A DNA stretch of 54,253 nucleotides, counting the filler, from Hydrolagus affinis (Eukaryota), in the NCBI GenBank assembly GCA_012026655.1. It is 3 parts of 3 records of this genome, joined end to end, with 100 filler letters (N's around TTAATTAATTAA, not from the genome) between each part and the next. Parts side by side here need not be neighbours in the genome. Positions count along the whole stretch, not along the records: positions 1 to 16,999 come from JAAILG010016219.1; 2 more parts are not named here. One strand, written 5' to 3'. How positions within the stretch are numbered: the stretch's first letter is position 1; each line of letters starts with the position of its first letter. The translations under genes were made by a program, and so were the position numbers. The notes beneath the pieces are model-generated. The model worked only from the letters and a program-made list of their open reading frames with translations, did not search any database and was not told the origin of the DNA. Shown here in pieces: positions 1 to 12,600 of this stretch.

Positions 1-249
1 GTTGTTGCTGTTGTACTTTACATTGGTGGATTTTGAAACTGTTTGTGAAATATCATGCTTTCCAACTTTAAAAAGCAGCAGAATAGTTCCCATATTTTTG
101 GTTGTGCTTTTACGGCAGTTTGGTCCTTTGCTTGTTCTTCAAATTGGCTTCTTTCTGTCCGTAAATGACTATGCGTTTCTCCTTCCTTCCCCTTTTTCAA
201 ATTATGCCTGATGACCTTCCTCTTTTTTGTGATTATTACCATTACCTAC

Positions 250-990
250 CCCTGGTTTAAAGTGGAGTTCCACCTCTGGTAAGCACTTTGAGATACTCCT
301 CTGCTTGAAGAGCAATATATAAATGTGCGTTTGTGACCTCTAGGCTCGACTATGGCAACTCCCTCCTCATAGGCCACCCCAATGCTTTTCTCCACAAACT
401 GTAGATCATCCTAAACTCTGCAGCTTGTGTTGTCTCCCACCCCAGGGAGATGACACAATCACCCCCACCATTACCCCCACCCTCACATTGGCTCCATGGG
501 CACCGCATTTCCACAGAGGATTGAAATCAAGATTCTTGTCCTCACTTTCAAGGTCCTCCATGGCCTTGACCCACCTACCTCTCTGACTCGCTGTTGCCCT
601 ATCAACCTGTCCACTCCCTCCATTCAGCCGGCTTTGGCCTGCTTCATGTGTCCCGCCCAACTTGCCTTAACATCAGAGGCCGGGCCTCAGCTTCCCTGCC
701 CCTACACTTTGGAACTCTGTCTCACAATCCCTTCACCATAATCCCTTCCTTGCCTCCTTGAAGGGCTGTCTCAATACCCTATTCTTCGACTGTGCCTTCA
801 GTCACCCTCCTACCTCTGTGTCCTCCTGCATGCCAACCATTACCCCCGACCCCCCACCCCCTTGTATCCGATCCCTGACTATTCAGCGCCTTGGGACGTG
901 CTCCCAACGTGAAAGGCAGATGTATTCTTACTATGTGAGGTGCTGTTGTACCTGTGCGAGTTTTGTGGGCGATAGCGTCAGTTTAATGCA
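250..990 (+). mobile_element. L2-type LINE 3' fragment
   Basis: Decayed ORF2 C-terminus (PQRIEIKILVLTFKVLHGLDPPT) and L2-like tail. Confidence 0.75.
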
Positions 991-1029
991 AACATTTTCC
1001 AAAAAATCTTTCAGTTGGATTAATTGAGG

Positions 1030-1830
1030 AAGGCACTTTCACATATCTGGCCTTGAAAGTGAGGACAAGGATTTTGAATTCGATCCTCTGGGGGATGGGG
1101 AGCCAATGGAACTGGGCGAGGGTGGGAGTGATGGGGTCGCGGAGTCTGGAGTGGGAGAGGACATGAGCTGCAGGGTTTTTGATGATATGCAGTTTGTGAA
1201 GGGCAGAACTGGTAAGGCCGACGGAAGGTGTTTCCATAGTCAAACCTTGATGTTATCAATGTATGGATAAGGGTTATGGCAGCCCGAGTGGTGAGGCAGT
1301 GGTGGAGTCTGTCAATGTTACACAGATGGTGGAAGGCAGTGTTGGTCATGGAGTGGATGTGTGGAGAAAGGACAGTTTAGGGTTATACAGGAAACCCTGA
1401 TTCCAGACTGGCTTCATGAGGTGGAGTGTGCAGCCGTGGATGCTGATGCTGCCAGCGCCTGAGGTGCGGAGGCGCTGACCCGAGCCAGTCACGTCAGCGA
1501 GGGGGAGCATGTCAGTAGGGGGAGCATAGAGAGTGTGAAGAGGAGGAAACTGAGGACAGAGCCCTAAGGAACGCTGCATGGGACAGTGCAGGGTTTGGAT
1601 GAAAAGCTGTTGGCAGACATGAAGTGGAGATGGTGTTAAAGATAGCACCTGAACCAGTCAAGGACAGAACCTTGAGGTGCGAGGAGAGGTGATGGAGGAG
1701 CATTGAATGGTCCACGGAATCCAAGACGGTGGATAGGTCAAGGAGGTCGAGGAGGCAGAGGGAGCCGTAGCCACAAATGACCAGGATATCATTTGTGACC
1801 TCAACAAGAGCAGAAATGGAAGAGACAGGG
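1030..1830 (-). mobile_element. L2/CR1-type LINE reverse transcriptase fragment
   Basis: ALVEVTNDIL..LLDLSTVLDSVDHSMLL (RT motif) and DPITPTLAQFHWLPIPQRIEFKIL; frameshifted. Confidence 0.8.
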
Positions 1831-2201
1831 TGATTAGAGGAGACTGGTTTATAAAACTTGCTTTTTATTGAAAGATTGCTTGAGCATATTGCATAACAGC
1901 TTCTAAAATTGTTGTAGTTAAACAACTATTTTTCATTCAAATAATTCAATCGTTACCGTTATGGATTCATCAGATTCACAGTGAATAAATACATTTTGGC
2001 AATTAAGCTTGCTTTTATGTGTACTGCAAGCAATATTTTCCAATAAATTTCCTGAGGACGTATAATGTAATAAAGTAATAAATGCAATTATGGTTGAAAC
2101 AGCTGCAAATAGAACAGCAGCCAGGATTAATATGCACATTATCCACTATGGTGGAAAACTGCATCTAATACACACCAATAGCAGTTTCTGTGACTGATGC
2201 A

Positions 2202-2345
2202 TTACTTAGATGTTGGTTCCCTGGAATCAGCGGCGGCTGCTTCTCCCTGGTTCCTCACGTGCAGTTCTTCGTACTCTGTATTCTTAACGTTAGTCAAATT
2301 TAGCATGGCATAAACCGCCGGGTCATTATCTGCTCCGTGCATAAT
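2202..2345 (-). CDS. Terminal cytoplasmic exon with two YxxL motifs
   Basis: [47 protein letters not shown]; acceptor ttttatag; candidate AATAAA at 1864-1869. Confidence 0.8.
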   Translation of the reverse strand: MMHGADNDPAVYAMLNLTNVKNTEYEELHVRNQGEAAAADSREPTSK

Positions 2346-5300
2346 CTATAAAACATAACATGATCACAACAACACATTGTATTTGTAGAGCATCTTTCAC
2401 GTCCCAGGGCGCTGAGAGATTGTTGTCTTCACTGTTCTGAAGATTGCTGTATAAGTATAAGCATCAGAAAGCCCATAAGTTGAAAACATTCGGTAAGAAA
2501 AGTGAACATTTTATCTGTTATCAATTATCAATTACATGACACCAGGTATTTGAATGATACATTTAGGAGGCAAAATTGAATGTAGGGAATGTATTTAAAA
2601 TGTTCTTATTTATTTATGATAAACAGTACTGTTTCATTACAACAAATCTGTTTTTAGATTAAACATCCGCTGAAATAATATTGGTAATTGTACCTTCTCT
2701 TGGCAATGTCTCCATCCCATCTGACTTCTGCGTGGGCCTTTGAAAGAAATTGAATAAATGCAGGATTTACTTTCGGTTATATTTTGATTTGACCAAGTGA
2801 AAAGCGTTTTGAAGATCATGAGCTGCCAAAGTCTGTTTTTCTACATATCTATATAAAGTTGTCTTCGACTCTAATGTAAACCCAGGTGATAGAGTTACAG
2901 AAATCAGACAAGCACTAATTCATAACCCATCTTGCACTCATATTACTTTCAATGCATTTCCATTCACCGTCCCTGCTCTCTGGAACTCCAATCTGGAGTC
3001 CTTCGAATTCTATCTTTCCTGCACAACCTTCGAGATCTTTGAACATATTAAATCTCGAACTTGGCTACTCCTAACCACTATTCCTTAATTCCTTCAGTTT
3101 TTCCTCAAAAGAGATTTGGTTGTTTCCTGGACTCTGGCCCTTGGTCTTTCTCCTGGGACTCTCAATAATAGAGATGGTCACAATTTCAATATAATGTGTA
3201 GCTGAATTCTAATACTGATAAACAGATACCTGGTGTGAGTCCCTATATGTGTTTGACGCCTTTCATCACTACAGTTACTTACAAATGCACATAACTCATC
3301 AGATTTTAAGCCAGTTGCAATATATTAAAATAAGATTTCAGACGCTATGTGTTAGGAAACTGAGAAATTCTAGGATACTAAGGTTCACTATGAGTAATTG
3401 TTACAGTACTGAATCTGTTGCAATAACTACACACGTAATTGTTATTGTATAACAGTAGCATCACAGAACTCCACCATCAAATTTGAAGGAAAAAAGCAAG
3501 TCACGTTTCCTCTTTACATTCATGCATCTTGAGATTTTATATCAACGTGTAATGTTTACAATTTTCTTACCATTTTCCTTTTTCAATTGGCATCGCTTCC
3601 CAATTATGATCAAAATCACCAGAAATGCGAACACAACCGCAGCACATACACCCCATGGTAAATAACAGGTTTCATTTCCACTCCCTGCAGAAATAGCACA
3701 CGCTGAGGTGAGACTGTACATTGTGTAGGGGAACGATTTATAGATTCAGTAGAATAGAAATGTTAGGCAGATCATTGATGAACTATATCTTGCAGTGATT
3801 TCAAGTAAGTATTAAGCACAGTTTCCAGTTTAAATATTATGTCTAAACTTAATCTGTGTATTTATTGAAATAAGAATAAAAATACAAGGAGACCATCACT
3901 GAAAACAGTTTGATATTGATGTATCTATCGACACCAGCTCTCGTTTACTTTGATTTTTGCTCTTGTTTTTATTACACAGATGAGGGTGACACAATACGGA
4001 AACGGAACATTGATTTTCAGAAGAACCCACACAAAATATAATCCATAAATTGTAGAATAAGACATCAGACGATAGCGACATCTGATCACATAGATGAAAC
4101 CTGCTCATTTCATATTAATAAAGGTGAGTGGGGTGGGTGGGGGTGGGGTGTGGGAGGGGCTGAGAATGATACACGATGGAATTGAAAGACATTTGGTGAT
4201 CAAGTGCCCTGAGCTAAAACTGAGGTTTTGAAAATTATACAGGTTTAGGATTTGTTGGTAATGTCCATAACCATTAAATAGATAATATCGGTTAGGTTTA
4301 ACAAAATCTTTGATGATTCACATCAAACGTTTCACATTCAATCGGTTTAATGTATATTATTACCAACATGCACAATCTCCTCAGCACCATTCTCAACACA
4401 TTTGTCTCCTGACAGCAATGGCATCGCTTCCTATCCTTGCGGGTCTCATGGGAGAGTCACATTCCATCCCTTAAGTCACAGGCAAGTGCTGCTGAACATT
4501 GACTGTTCCTCAGGGCTCTAACCTCGGCCTCTGCCTCTTCGCTATCTATATGCTCCCACTTGGCGACATCATCCGTCGACATAGTAATAATCCTTGTATT
4601 TGATATAGTGCTTTTCACATCTTCTAGACGTCTCAAAGCACTTCACAGAATATACTGTAAAGTGGATTGACTGTATATTTGTGGGCGAAACGCAGCAGCC
4701 AATTGTGCACAGCAGTGTCCCACAAACAGTCGTGGATTGAAATGACCAATTTTATTCTTGTTTTTTGGGGGACAGATTATTATTAGGCATGTGGAGTAAG
4801 GAAACTTGCCTTGTTTCACCCTGACCTGCCTGGATTTGAAACACAAGTCTCACGCTTGTAAGGCGAGTGTTCTAACCACTGAGCTACTGGACTCCACAGA
4901 GGGTCAACAACAAGATTTCACATCCACATGTATAACAATGAAACCCAAATCTTCCATCTTACCCCACAACAACATGAAGCTTTGACTTGATTACTGTCAA
5001 GCATCAAATCCTTCAATGAGCTCTGACTTTGTTCAGCTGAAAAATAATAATCTCTGCATTTTATATCATGATTTATATATTGAATGCAATGATTAATATT
5101 CTCATTATTGTCCTTTCAAATCGCTTCAGATTATTCACTTTATGAATCAATGCAACTAAACATCCCTATGAGAATTCGATTAACAACAGCTGACTTTTTA
5201 AAATTCACCTGCGTTAGGTTTAGGGTACAGTGATTATTGTTATGATTATTATTATTATCTCATTATTTCATCTCAAATCGCTTCAGACAATTCACCGAAT

Positions 5301-7587
5301 GGCGCTATACAAATGTAACTTTGTTGTTGATGTTGTTTACGAATCTATGCAGCTAAACATCCCTATGAGAATTGAAATAACTACAGTTGATTTTTAAAAC
5401 TCGTTCAGAATCTTACCTGTATAAGGTTTGAGGATGGTGTAGATGGCAATAGCTGAAGTCTTGAGGCTGACGTGAGACATCAGACAGGTATAAACAGACG
5501 CTATCTGGACAGACTGTGTGTCTTCAATAGAGCTAGAGACCTGATAGAGTTCCCCCGAGTTCTGCTTTTCTATAGCTACTGTCTCTTCCACCTTTATTCC
5601 CGATGTTGGTGTAATTTCGTTTCCATCTTTATACCATGTGAGGGTGAAATCCTTTGGGTAAAACGCAGTAGTTTCACACACAAGAGTCCGATGCTCAGTT
5701 GAATTCCTGGAGAAAATCCTCAGTGGAGTTGGGGGAACTGTAGAACAGATAATGGAGGAAAACCGTATTCATTTTTTTTATCAATCGGCGGGACAAACTT
5801 TATTTTGATTCATTTCTTTGCAACGTCCTGATTCCTGAGTGCAAATGCAGGTTTCTGTAGATTCACAAATATCCCCCTCACAGCAGGAGAAGCTTCCTCC
5901 TGCTTTAATTACTGTGTGTTTTTTAATCAATTAATGTTGATTCATAATCTTTATCTTTCATATTATTACTTAGGTGTTTGTTCAGCAGGTGAAATTGTTC
6001 GCTGCAAACTCTCGATCAGAGTAAATAAAGGATTCCTGACAGGTGTGTGCACACTGTTATTCTGGCTCAATTGGGTAGCATTCTCGCCTTTGAGTTAGAA
6101 AGAGATGGGATCAAGCTCCACGTCCAGACTTGGAATTCACATAGTCTATGTTGAAATGCCTGCTGTAATGCAGTTCTTAGGGTGCATAAAATGAAAGGAT
6201 TGTATTATCTCAGCCTTAAGAGATTTTGATCAGGTAAACAGGGAAACAGTAAGTCTGGAACAAGAGACCATAAGTTAGAATCATTACCATGATAGAAAGT
6301 TTAATTTTGATTTTACTGAGAGGCTCCTGGGTCCCAAACAAAATAAAGGCTGAAGCAGAATCCATAACAGCTATTTAACTGAATTTTACAGTCATATTTC
6401 CTTTGTCTTCTACATGGATTTTAGATTACGAATGCGAATAACATGGATCAATTCTGTATGTAACCTGTGTAACATTAGAATTTATAAAACTATTTGTTAA
6501 TTTGTGCTGAATTATATTATTTTGTGTTTTAGTTTGGCAGGGGTTACTTTTGATGTAATTTTCAAATACAGGTAGACCCCATTTAAAGTTGTTTTGGTCA
6601 ACGTTGTTTCACTATTACGTTTCGGATACAGAGGGAACACACATCCATTTAACGTTGTGATGTTCGCTATTACATCGTTCTCCAGCGGGTGCTGCATTGG
6701 TGAGCGTAAGATGGCGTTAGGGCCTGGCCGTCAACAGAGTGACGGGGAGGCTGGGAGTGAGCCAGCAGTGAGTGAGTGAGCCATACAGGCAGTCATGGAA
6801 TGAGTGAGTGAGCCGGGCAGGCAGTGAGACAGCGAGTGAGTAAGCCAGGCAGGCAGTCGGGGAGTGGGTATAATGTTTTTTTTAGAATTTTTTTAACGAA
6901 AAATGTCCAAGAACCTAACTCGAGTTTATACATTAATATAATGTGAAAAATGTAATCACTTAACGTCGTTTCGATTAAAGCCGCGCGTTTCAAGAACAAT
7001 CCTACGACATTAAGCGAGGAAAATCTTTACTTTCGCTGTTCGTTCACTCACCGCACACAGTTAAGCGTGATCCAGGTCCTGTTCCAATTACCGATCCCTG
7101 ACGGATCACTGAGCAGCGATAGACTCCAGAGTCCTGGAAACTCACATTCAGGAACTGGAAGAAGCCGCTTTGTTTGCCTTTCACACCAAATATTTTTCTG
7201 ATATCCGCCTGTGTGTCCAAGTAGCCGTCCTCACCCTCCTTCTCCCACTTCACCTCCTCTCCTGAATCTTGATGAGATAATGGAAAGATACAGTGGAAAG
7301 TGACGTTTGTCCCTCTGATGACAGTCACACGTTCGGGGATTTGAATCACTTTCTCTGAAGAATCCATAGCAACTGTCAGAAAATAAAGTCAAACACTGAT
7401 TTCTCAGACAATATGCCGTGGACAAAAGTAAGCGAGTAAATAGAGTAAAAAACGTATGTATAAATGATAAATGGCACAAGGAAACAAGCTGGCACATATT
7501 TCGTAGAAGAACTGAGTTGTAAAATAATCATATACCTGTTGAAATAATATGTAAGACAGCGAGGAACAGAAAGATGACACTCCCCAT
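2202..7587 (-). CDS. Ig-superfamily type I receptor, leader-V(J)-C1-TM-cytoplasmic, NKp30(NCR3)/SIRP-like, 331 aa
   Basis: Six GT-AG exons with matching phases: 7536-7587 (leader [17 protein letters not shown]), 7052-7372 (V), 5417-5737 (C1), 3571-3684 (TM), 2694-2737 (44 nt), 2202-2345 (last, TAA). Total 996 nt with no internal stop. Confidence 0.85.
3571..3684 (-). CDS. Stalk and uncharged TM exon
   Basis: [38 protein letters not shown]; acceptor tttctgcag, donor gtaag. Confidence 0.85.
4585..4897 (-). mobile_element. tRNA-headed SINE, full length (DeuSINE-like core, L2-like tail)
   Basis: A box TAGCTCAGTGG, B box, core GCTGTGCACAATTGGCTGC, tail ending in (ATT)n. Confidence 0.85.
5417..5737 (-). 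CDS. C1-set Ig exon
   Basis: [21 protein letters not shown]...[10 protein letters not shown], the C1-set signature; phase 1-1, 321 nt. Confidence 0.9.
6569..7025. mobile_element. TcMar-Tigger-like non-autonomous DNA transposon (MITE)
   Basis: TA followed by CAGGTAGACCCC..AACGTTGTTTC; far end GTCGTTTCGATTAAAG..CGACATTAAGCGAGG resembles MER82/MER47-type ends as recalled. Confidence 0.55.
7052..7372 (-). CDS. V-set Ig exon with germline J-like end
   Basis: VTFHC...VKW...DSGVYRC...[11 protein letters not shown], phase 1-1; the GTGxG-x-RLxV end resembles NKp30 as recalled (VGTGNGTRLVV). Confidence 0.9.
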
Positions 7588-8047
7588 GTTTGACGGTGGC
7601 TCTGATGAGCTGTAACACACGAACGTGCAGTATTTGATATAGAGTCGGCAGCTGTGACACTGACTTCCTGTTTCATTGAGTTCGTGAAATGTCGCTGTTG
7701 TGGTTGATGTGATTTAAAATCCACTTTTACAGTAAAACTGAAAATAATATGTTTTCCTGTTAATAGCAGAGAAAGGGTTAAACAAATATCAAAACATAAA
7801 CTCACAGTGTCCAGCATCACTATTGAGTCCTTGGTGCTTTCTCCAACCAGAAATATTGTTTTAAGCATCAACTCTCCTTGGAGTGTCAGATACAAGCCAA
7901 TCTGGTGGAATGTTTCTCCTGATAGTTCTCTCTGTCCCCTATTGATAGAAATTAACCTTTCCCTCTAAAGTGTTCGCCCACCCTCAAACATAACAAATTA
8001 TCGTTACCCTTCGTATCCAAAGTTGTAGAGATAGAATAATCATACAC

Positions 8048-8099
8048 CTGTTGAAATAATATGTAAGACAGACAGGTACAAAAGGATGACACTCTCCAT
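8048..8099 (-). CDS. Second (duplicated) leader exon
   Basis: MESVILLYLSVLHIIST+G, 52 nt, phase 1, donor gtgtat; near copy of 7536-7587. Confidence 0.7.
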
Positions 8100-8133
8100 G
8101 TCTGATTCTGGCTCTGATGGGCTGTAACATGTG

Positions 8134-8448
8134 AATAATAATAATCTTTGCATTTGCTATAGCGCTTTTCACATCTTATCGACATCTCAAAGTGTTTCAC
8201 AGAATATAACGTAAAGTGAACTGCCTATACCTATGGGCGAAACGCGGGAGCCAACCGCGCACAGCAGTGACCCACAAACAGCCGTGGATTGAAATGACCA
8301 ATTTTAATATTGTGTTTTTTTTGATGGATTATTATTCGGCGTGTGGAGTACGGAAACTTACCCAAGGCTTTGCCCTGATCTGCTTGGATTCGAACACAGG
8401 TCACGTGCTTTCAAGGCAAGTGCTCTAAACACTGAGCTATAGGAGCGC
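8134..8448 (-). mobile_element. tRNA-headed SINE
   Basis: Same family as 4585-4897. Confidence 0.8.
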
Positions 8449-11089
8449 CATGGTCTGATAATGCAGTATACCATTGCCTTGGTGTGTGCGCTTAAATTCC
8501 TGACATGAGGCTTTATCCTGTTAACTCTGCAAGCCAAAGCCCTAGCCTTTAGGATGATCCTAGCTGGACAACAAGCGGGAAAGCTCGCAGGACAGCAATA
8601 TCAATGGCAAACTATGTGATTTTAGCTGGTTAGACTCCAGCAATACCCAGAGACAGAGCTCTAAAATTCATTATAAATGGACGCATGTCTTATAACCCTT
8701 TTGCACCTCCTAATTTAGACTTATTATTCACCTTTTCCCTTCCGTATCTTATCCTCCAGAGCTACAAAGTCACAATGTGCTCTCCTGCTATTCTCAACCA
8801 TAAAACCACAATCTTTCGAGGCCAATGGAGACTAAACTAACGCTAGAAAGTAATTACGGAACTTGTCGCTTCAGTTAGTAATTTGGGAATGTGTGCAATA
8901 GGGGGAATGCTTGCAGCAACTGACTATTATGTGTGTGTATGCATGTGCACGAACGCATAACTACCTATATGATCATTTTAGTAACCATATCCTCATAAAA
9001 TTGCTCATAATTACTTCCTCATAAAGCTAAATGTGTTTTCTAATTTTATTGCAAAGCATCTATCATAACACTAATCTCTGAAAAGAAAGGAAATTGGTCA
9101 TTTCAATCCAAGACTGTTGGTGGGACACTATAGTGTGCAATTGCCTGCCTGCCTGCCTGCCTGCCCACCTGCCCGTCCGCCCTCCAAGACCACAATGCCT
9201 CTGCCTGCTTGTCCTCCAAATGTTCTACTGCTTTCAAAATAGTCCACTGTTGCGACTTGACGACTTCTCTTCCCTCATCCATCTCCTTGGGCTGCCTGGC
9301 CACCTGCCGTGTATCTAAGAACTGTATTCTTGTCCCCCTTACTTTTTCAACTCCATCCTCTTTCACTTGGTGATACTATCCACAGACAAGCGATTACGTT
9401 TCATATTGATGTGAATGAAAGGCAACTCAACCTCTACTGTCGATTCGAGATCTACTGGTGCAATATCCAATTCCGTGTCAAGACCTTGATGATCCCAGAT
9501 TTTCTGTAAATTACTATTGATGAATCCCATCCTCCTTGTCTTATGCAAATATTTCCTTTTTTCTAGAATTTACTGTAAAGTGAACTGACTGTATAAGTGT
9601 GGGAAACACACAGCTACCAATTGTGCACACCCAGGTGTCCCCACAAATAGGAATGGAGGTCACAATGTGCTAGCCTCAACCATAAAACCACAATTTTTCA
9701 AGGCCAATTGAAACTAAACTAAGGTTAGGAAGTATTTACGGAACTTGTCACTTCAGTTACTAGTTTTGGAATGTGTGCAGCAACTGTGTGTGTGTGTGCA
9801 CGTACACATAACTACCTACAGGATCATTTTAGGAACCATATCCATTACTTCCTCATAAAGCTAATATGTTTTCTAATTTTATTGCAAAGCATTTATCGTA
9901 ACACTAATCCCTGAAAAGAAAGTAAATTGTTCATTTCAATCCACGCCTGTTAGTGGGACATTATAGTGTGCAATTGATTGCTGTGCTTCATCTGCATATG
10001 TACAATCAATTCACCTTGCCTACAATATACAAAGTGCTTTGAGACATCTAGAAGACATGATATGCGCTAAATCAAATAATAGAATAATAATCATTATTAA
10101 AAATCATAAGTACATTGCTCAGGTCAGACCGCACCTTGAGTAATGCATAACAATGTGGTCACCTTGATGGTAAACATTAATGTCCTGTGCTCGATATATA
10201 ATCTGAGAGTGCAAGACTCTTGTAATTTAATTATCCTGTGACATTTACAAACATAGCAGGATGATTGAGGTTTTAACGCTTATTTATTTCATGTTAGGTA
10301 TATTGTTATACTATTAGATATATTGTAAGTAGATACACAAAATGTTGAATGCAAAGCTTCAACCATTTCACTGCATTTGACGAATTGCAACACATCTTGT
10401 TGCCTCCCCTCCTCTCTGTTAGTGGTTAATATCCTCTCCCCCACAACAAGCCCCAGTTCAGACGAAAGTATAGAATTAAATGGTTGTTCGGTTGCCTTCC
10501 TCGGTCTGTAGTCTTTGACTATGGTATTGAATAAGTAGGGATTTGATGAGAAACTGTCAAGTACAAATAGTTAAAGGAACATAAAGGGACAGAAGCAGTG
10601 AAAATCATATTTCCAATTGATATTCTGCCATCCACCAACATGAAAATATGTTACAGACCTGATTAGATTAATTCAACAAGAATTCCTACTTAAAGTACTA
10701 TTGATTAAAACATGTTGGGATTTGTTTGACACAAAGTCACAGGCCTGACTCGGATGGATTACAAGAAAGGTAAATTGTGGTTTACAACTAACAACTTAAT
10801 TCTGTCAAGGGGAATAAATAGGTTCGTAATTCTGGAGGAATCATGTTCAGTTCATAATCCAATTCAATTTAAGCGCTGTCTTGGTGTGGGTTGAGATTTG
10901 TCCGGTGTCCTGGCGAATGATAATCATGATAAATTGGTGACACACTTTATATGGTTATAGCAAATAGTCATTCCAAATACAATGATTCGCAGCCGTGAAG
11001 CATTTTAAAACGTTTGGAATTATAGGCTCCACAATGACAATTACTAAATTGGGATATTGATCACCCAACTGATTTGGTGATAAACTTAC

Positions 11090-12250
11090 CCGATCTTCCA
11101 GATTGCCCGATCGAGTCAGGTTTCCCTTTGATCCTAAATGTGAATAAAATTTCCTGAATTAAATATTTACTCAATTTTAATACTAAAATAATGTAATTAT
11201 CCTACATTTCGGGATGAGTGAAATACAAATATTCGCCTGGATTATTTAGTCTCCCCCTGAAACTCCATGTCACTCATACTTTCCGAAATCCTTAACATTG
11301 TAGGAATTTTTTCCTTTGAATATTTTGAATCCCAAACTTGGCGATGACTAACCACTATTCCTTAATTTTTTAGTTTTTCCTCTTAAGCAGCTTGTAAGTT
11401 TCCTGCACGCTGGGCCTTCGTTTTTCTCCTGGGACTCTCAATAATAAAAACATATTTTTAATGTCACAATTTCAATGTAGTATTTCGCTGAATTCCATTA
11501 CAACAACAAAATAACATTTGTATATTGCCATTCACGTCAGGAGGATGTTTACTGATAAACACACATCTGGCGCTAGTCCCTGCATTTGTTTGACACCATT
11601 CATCAGTACAGTTACTAACAAATGCACACAATTCATCGTATCATAAGGCAGTTGCAATACATTAAGTCAGATTTCTGACATTGAAGGTGGTTAAATGAGA
11701 AATTCTGGGATACTAACATTCACCATGTGAAATTGTTACAGTACTGAATCTGTTGCAATAACTACAAGTAATTTATAAGAGCATAAGAACATAAGAATTA
11801 GGAGCAGGAGTATGCCATTCGGCCCTTCGAACCTGCTCCGCCATTCAATAAGATCATGGCTGATCTTCTGACCTAACTCTGATTACCTGCCCTATCCCCA
11901 TATCCCCTAATCCCTCTATTTTTCAAAAATCTATCAGTTTCAGCCTTGAAAATGTTCAAAGACTGAGCATCTACAGCCTTCTGGGGTAGTGAATTCCATA
12001 AATTTACCAAGGGTGAATGTGGGTTGTGAAATGTGGCTGTTGTGATTGATGTGATTTGAAACCCACCTTTACAGTGAAATTGTGAAAATAATAATTCTTC
12101 CCATTAATAGCAGGGAAAGGTTAAACATGTATCTAAACATAAAATAATAGCGTTCAGCATTACTATTATGTTGGTGGTGCTTTCTCCATATTGAATTATT
12201 GTTTTAAGCATCAACTTTGCTTTGAGTCAGTAGTGTCAGAAAGAAGCCAT
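11090..12250 (-). pseudogene. Internally deleted relic of the VJ-C1 receptor
   Basis: 44-nt phase 1-0 exon at 11090-11133; about 11250-11770 is similar to intron 2960-3430; about 12030-12250 is similar to upstream region 7690-7900; no leader, V, C1 or TM in between. Confidence 0.6.
11780..12010 (-). mobile_element. CR1-type LINE 3' tail
   Basis: ATAAGAACATAAGAATTAGGAGCAGGAGT..GCCATTCGGCCCTTCGA, the reverse of a typical shark CR1 3' end. Confidence 0.7.
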
Positions 12251-12378
12251 CTCCACATCAGGCCACAGACATTTTTTATAAACCCACCAACTCCCACAGC
12301 TACCTTGACTACACCTCATCCCATAATTCAAAGTTGTTGTTTTATTTTACAATGAAGAGAAGAACCAGATGACAAAGA

Positions 12379-12600
12379 TTGAAGGAGGTGGGGAGAGAAG
12401 ATAGACTCAAAGCAAGTGTACAGAAATGCTACTTCAGTGAGCGAATAGTAAACTTATGGAACAGGCTTCAAAAGGAGATGATGAAAGCAGAAACTGTTTG
12501 TTTCAAGAAGTTAGATAGATTTTTCGCTAGAAAACACTTCATTGGGGTAAAGGGTGCAGTTAGGGACTAGTGTCAAGGGACTGCTAGATTGGTTGAAGGT
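12379..12600 (+). mobile_element. CR1-type LINE ORF2 tail fragment (similar pieces at about 15510-15700, 17630-17740, 31085-31365, 38500-38690)
   Basis: YFSERIVNLWNRL..FKKLDRF motif. Confidence 0.65.

Noticed and set aside
1933-2139. Hydrophobic 68-aa ORF
   Set aside because: It lies in the AT-rich 3' UTR of the receptor with no splice or family support.
3896-4108. Alternative TM exon
   Set aside because: No clean TM in a usable phase; resembles decayed repeat and intron sequence also copied at about 16510-16660.
7404-7895. ORF with signal-like MLDTVSLCFDICLTLSLLLTG as the receptor leader
   Set aside because: It is followed by GA rather than a GT donor; canonical leaders exist at 7536-7587 and 8048-8099.
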